Assembly: GCA_963727445.1 (NCBI GenBank)
Contig: CAVSGI010000020.1
Location: 256,001-320,000, forward strand
DNA from: an uncultured delta proteobacterium
GTDB lineage: Bacteria > Myxococcota_A > Polyangia > Polyangiales > B10-G4
Length of the DNA stretch: 64,000 nucleotides
Direction: 5' to 3'
Shown in pieces: positions 63,384-64,000 of this stretch. The notes below the pieces were generated by a model that was not told the DNA's origin, did not search any database, and saw nothing but the letters and a program-made list of their open reading frames with translations. The translations under genes and the position numbers were made by a program. Each line of letters starts with the position of its first letter. Positions within the stretch are counted from its first letter, which is position 1.

Positions 63384-64000
63384 ATGAACGCCCTCGTCGG
63401 CTCGATCATCGACGACCGTTACGAGATTGGGGCGCCGATCGGTGCGGGGGCGATGGGGTACGTCTATCGCGGTCGTCAGCGCGCGCTCGAGCGTGAGGTG
63501 GCGATCAAGGTGCTCAGCGAACGCCACGCCCAGGACCCCGAGCTGGTCGGTCGCTTCAAGCGCGAGGCGCAGGCGGCCTCGGCCATCGGCCATCCGGGCA
63601 TCGTCCAGGTCTTCGACTTCGGTACGCTCTCCGATGGGCGCGCCTATCTGGTGATGGAGCTGGTGGAGGGACGCTCGCTCGGCCGGATCCTCACCGAGGA
63701 ACGGGCCCTCGACGTGTCCCGCGCGGTGAGCCTCGCCATTCGCATCTGCCACATCCTCACGGCGGCACACGGGCGCGGGATCGTTCATCGCGACCTCAAG
63801 CCCGACAACCTGATCGTCATGGATGACGAAAGGGTGCGGCTCATCGATTTCGGGATCGCCAAGCTCCTCGACGTGTCCCTGGTGCTCACGAAGACGAACA
63901 CCATGGTCGGGACGCCGCTCTACATGGCGCCGGAGCAGTGGCAGGGCGAGGGGGTCGATGGTCGCACCGACCTGTATGCGCTCGGCGGGATCCTCTTCGA
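63384..64000 (+). CDS. Hanks-type Ser/Thr protein kinase; runs off the window
   Basis: Not in the ORF track. Manual translation gives GAGAMGYVY, VAIKVL, HRDLKPDN, DFGIAK, GTPLYMAPE, DLYALG. Confidence 0.95.
   Translation, partial: MNALVGSIIDDRYEIGAPIGAGAMGYVYRGRQRALEREVAIKVLSERHAQDPELVGRFKREAQAASAIGHPGIVQVFDFGTLSDGRAYLVMELVEGRSLGRILTEERALDVSRAVSLAIRICHILTAAHGRGIVHRDLKPDNLIVMDDERVRLIDFGIAKLLDVSLVLTKTNTMVGTPLYMAPEQWQGEGVDGRTDLYALGGILF

Overview
High-GC bacterial chromosome segment, most likely from a myxobacterium (Myxococcota, Polyangiales/Sandaracinaceae-like). This is inferred from a PilZ-REC-DUF4388 regulator, TPR/PEGA and Cys-rich lipoproteins, an FGE lipoprotein and a Hanks kinase. Most of the window is core genome: hisIE, prs-rplY-pth-rpsF-rpsR-rplI, dnaB, tkt, nadA, proS, purB-purC-purS, sfsA, cyaY and ppk1, interleaved with lipid/aromatic redox enzymes, four calcineurin-like phosphoesterases and unknown exported proteins. 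I found no tRNA, rRNA, CRISPR array, transposase, integrase or reverse transcriptase. About a dozen single-base indels break genes including proS, purC and ppk1, which points to an unpolished long-read assembly; four of them turn GATC into GANTC, possibly a trace of GATC methylation. The most notable non-coding features are a 4 x 126-bp tandem array of a folded MITE/REP-like element after dnaB, a 48-bp-arm hairpin at 37 kb, an S6:S18-type leader, a DnaA-box-like cluster before dnaB, and -10 boxes immediately upstream of many start codons (likely leaderless mRNAs). Notable proteins are an S6 with a 94-residue Asp/Ser tail, a plant-type NadA, a TerB-PPP phosphatase fusion, a GPI-EtNP-transferase-like protein and a Cys-repeat cytochrome c lipoprotein module. 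No single clear-cut novel multi-gene system could be established from sequence alone.
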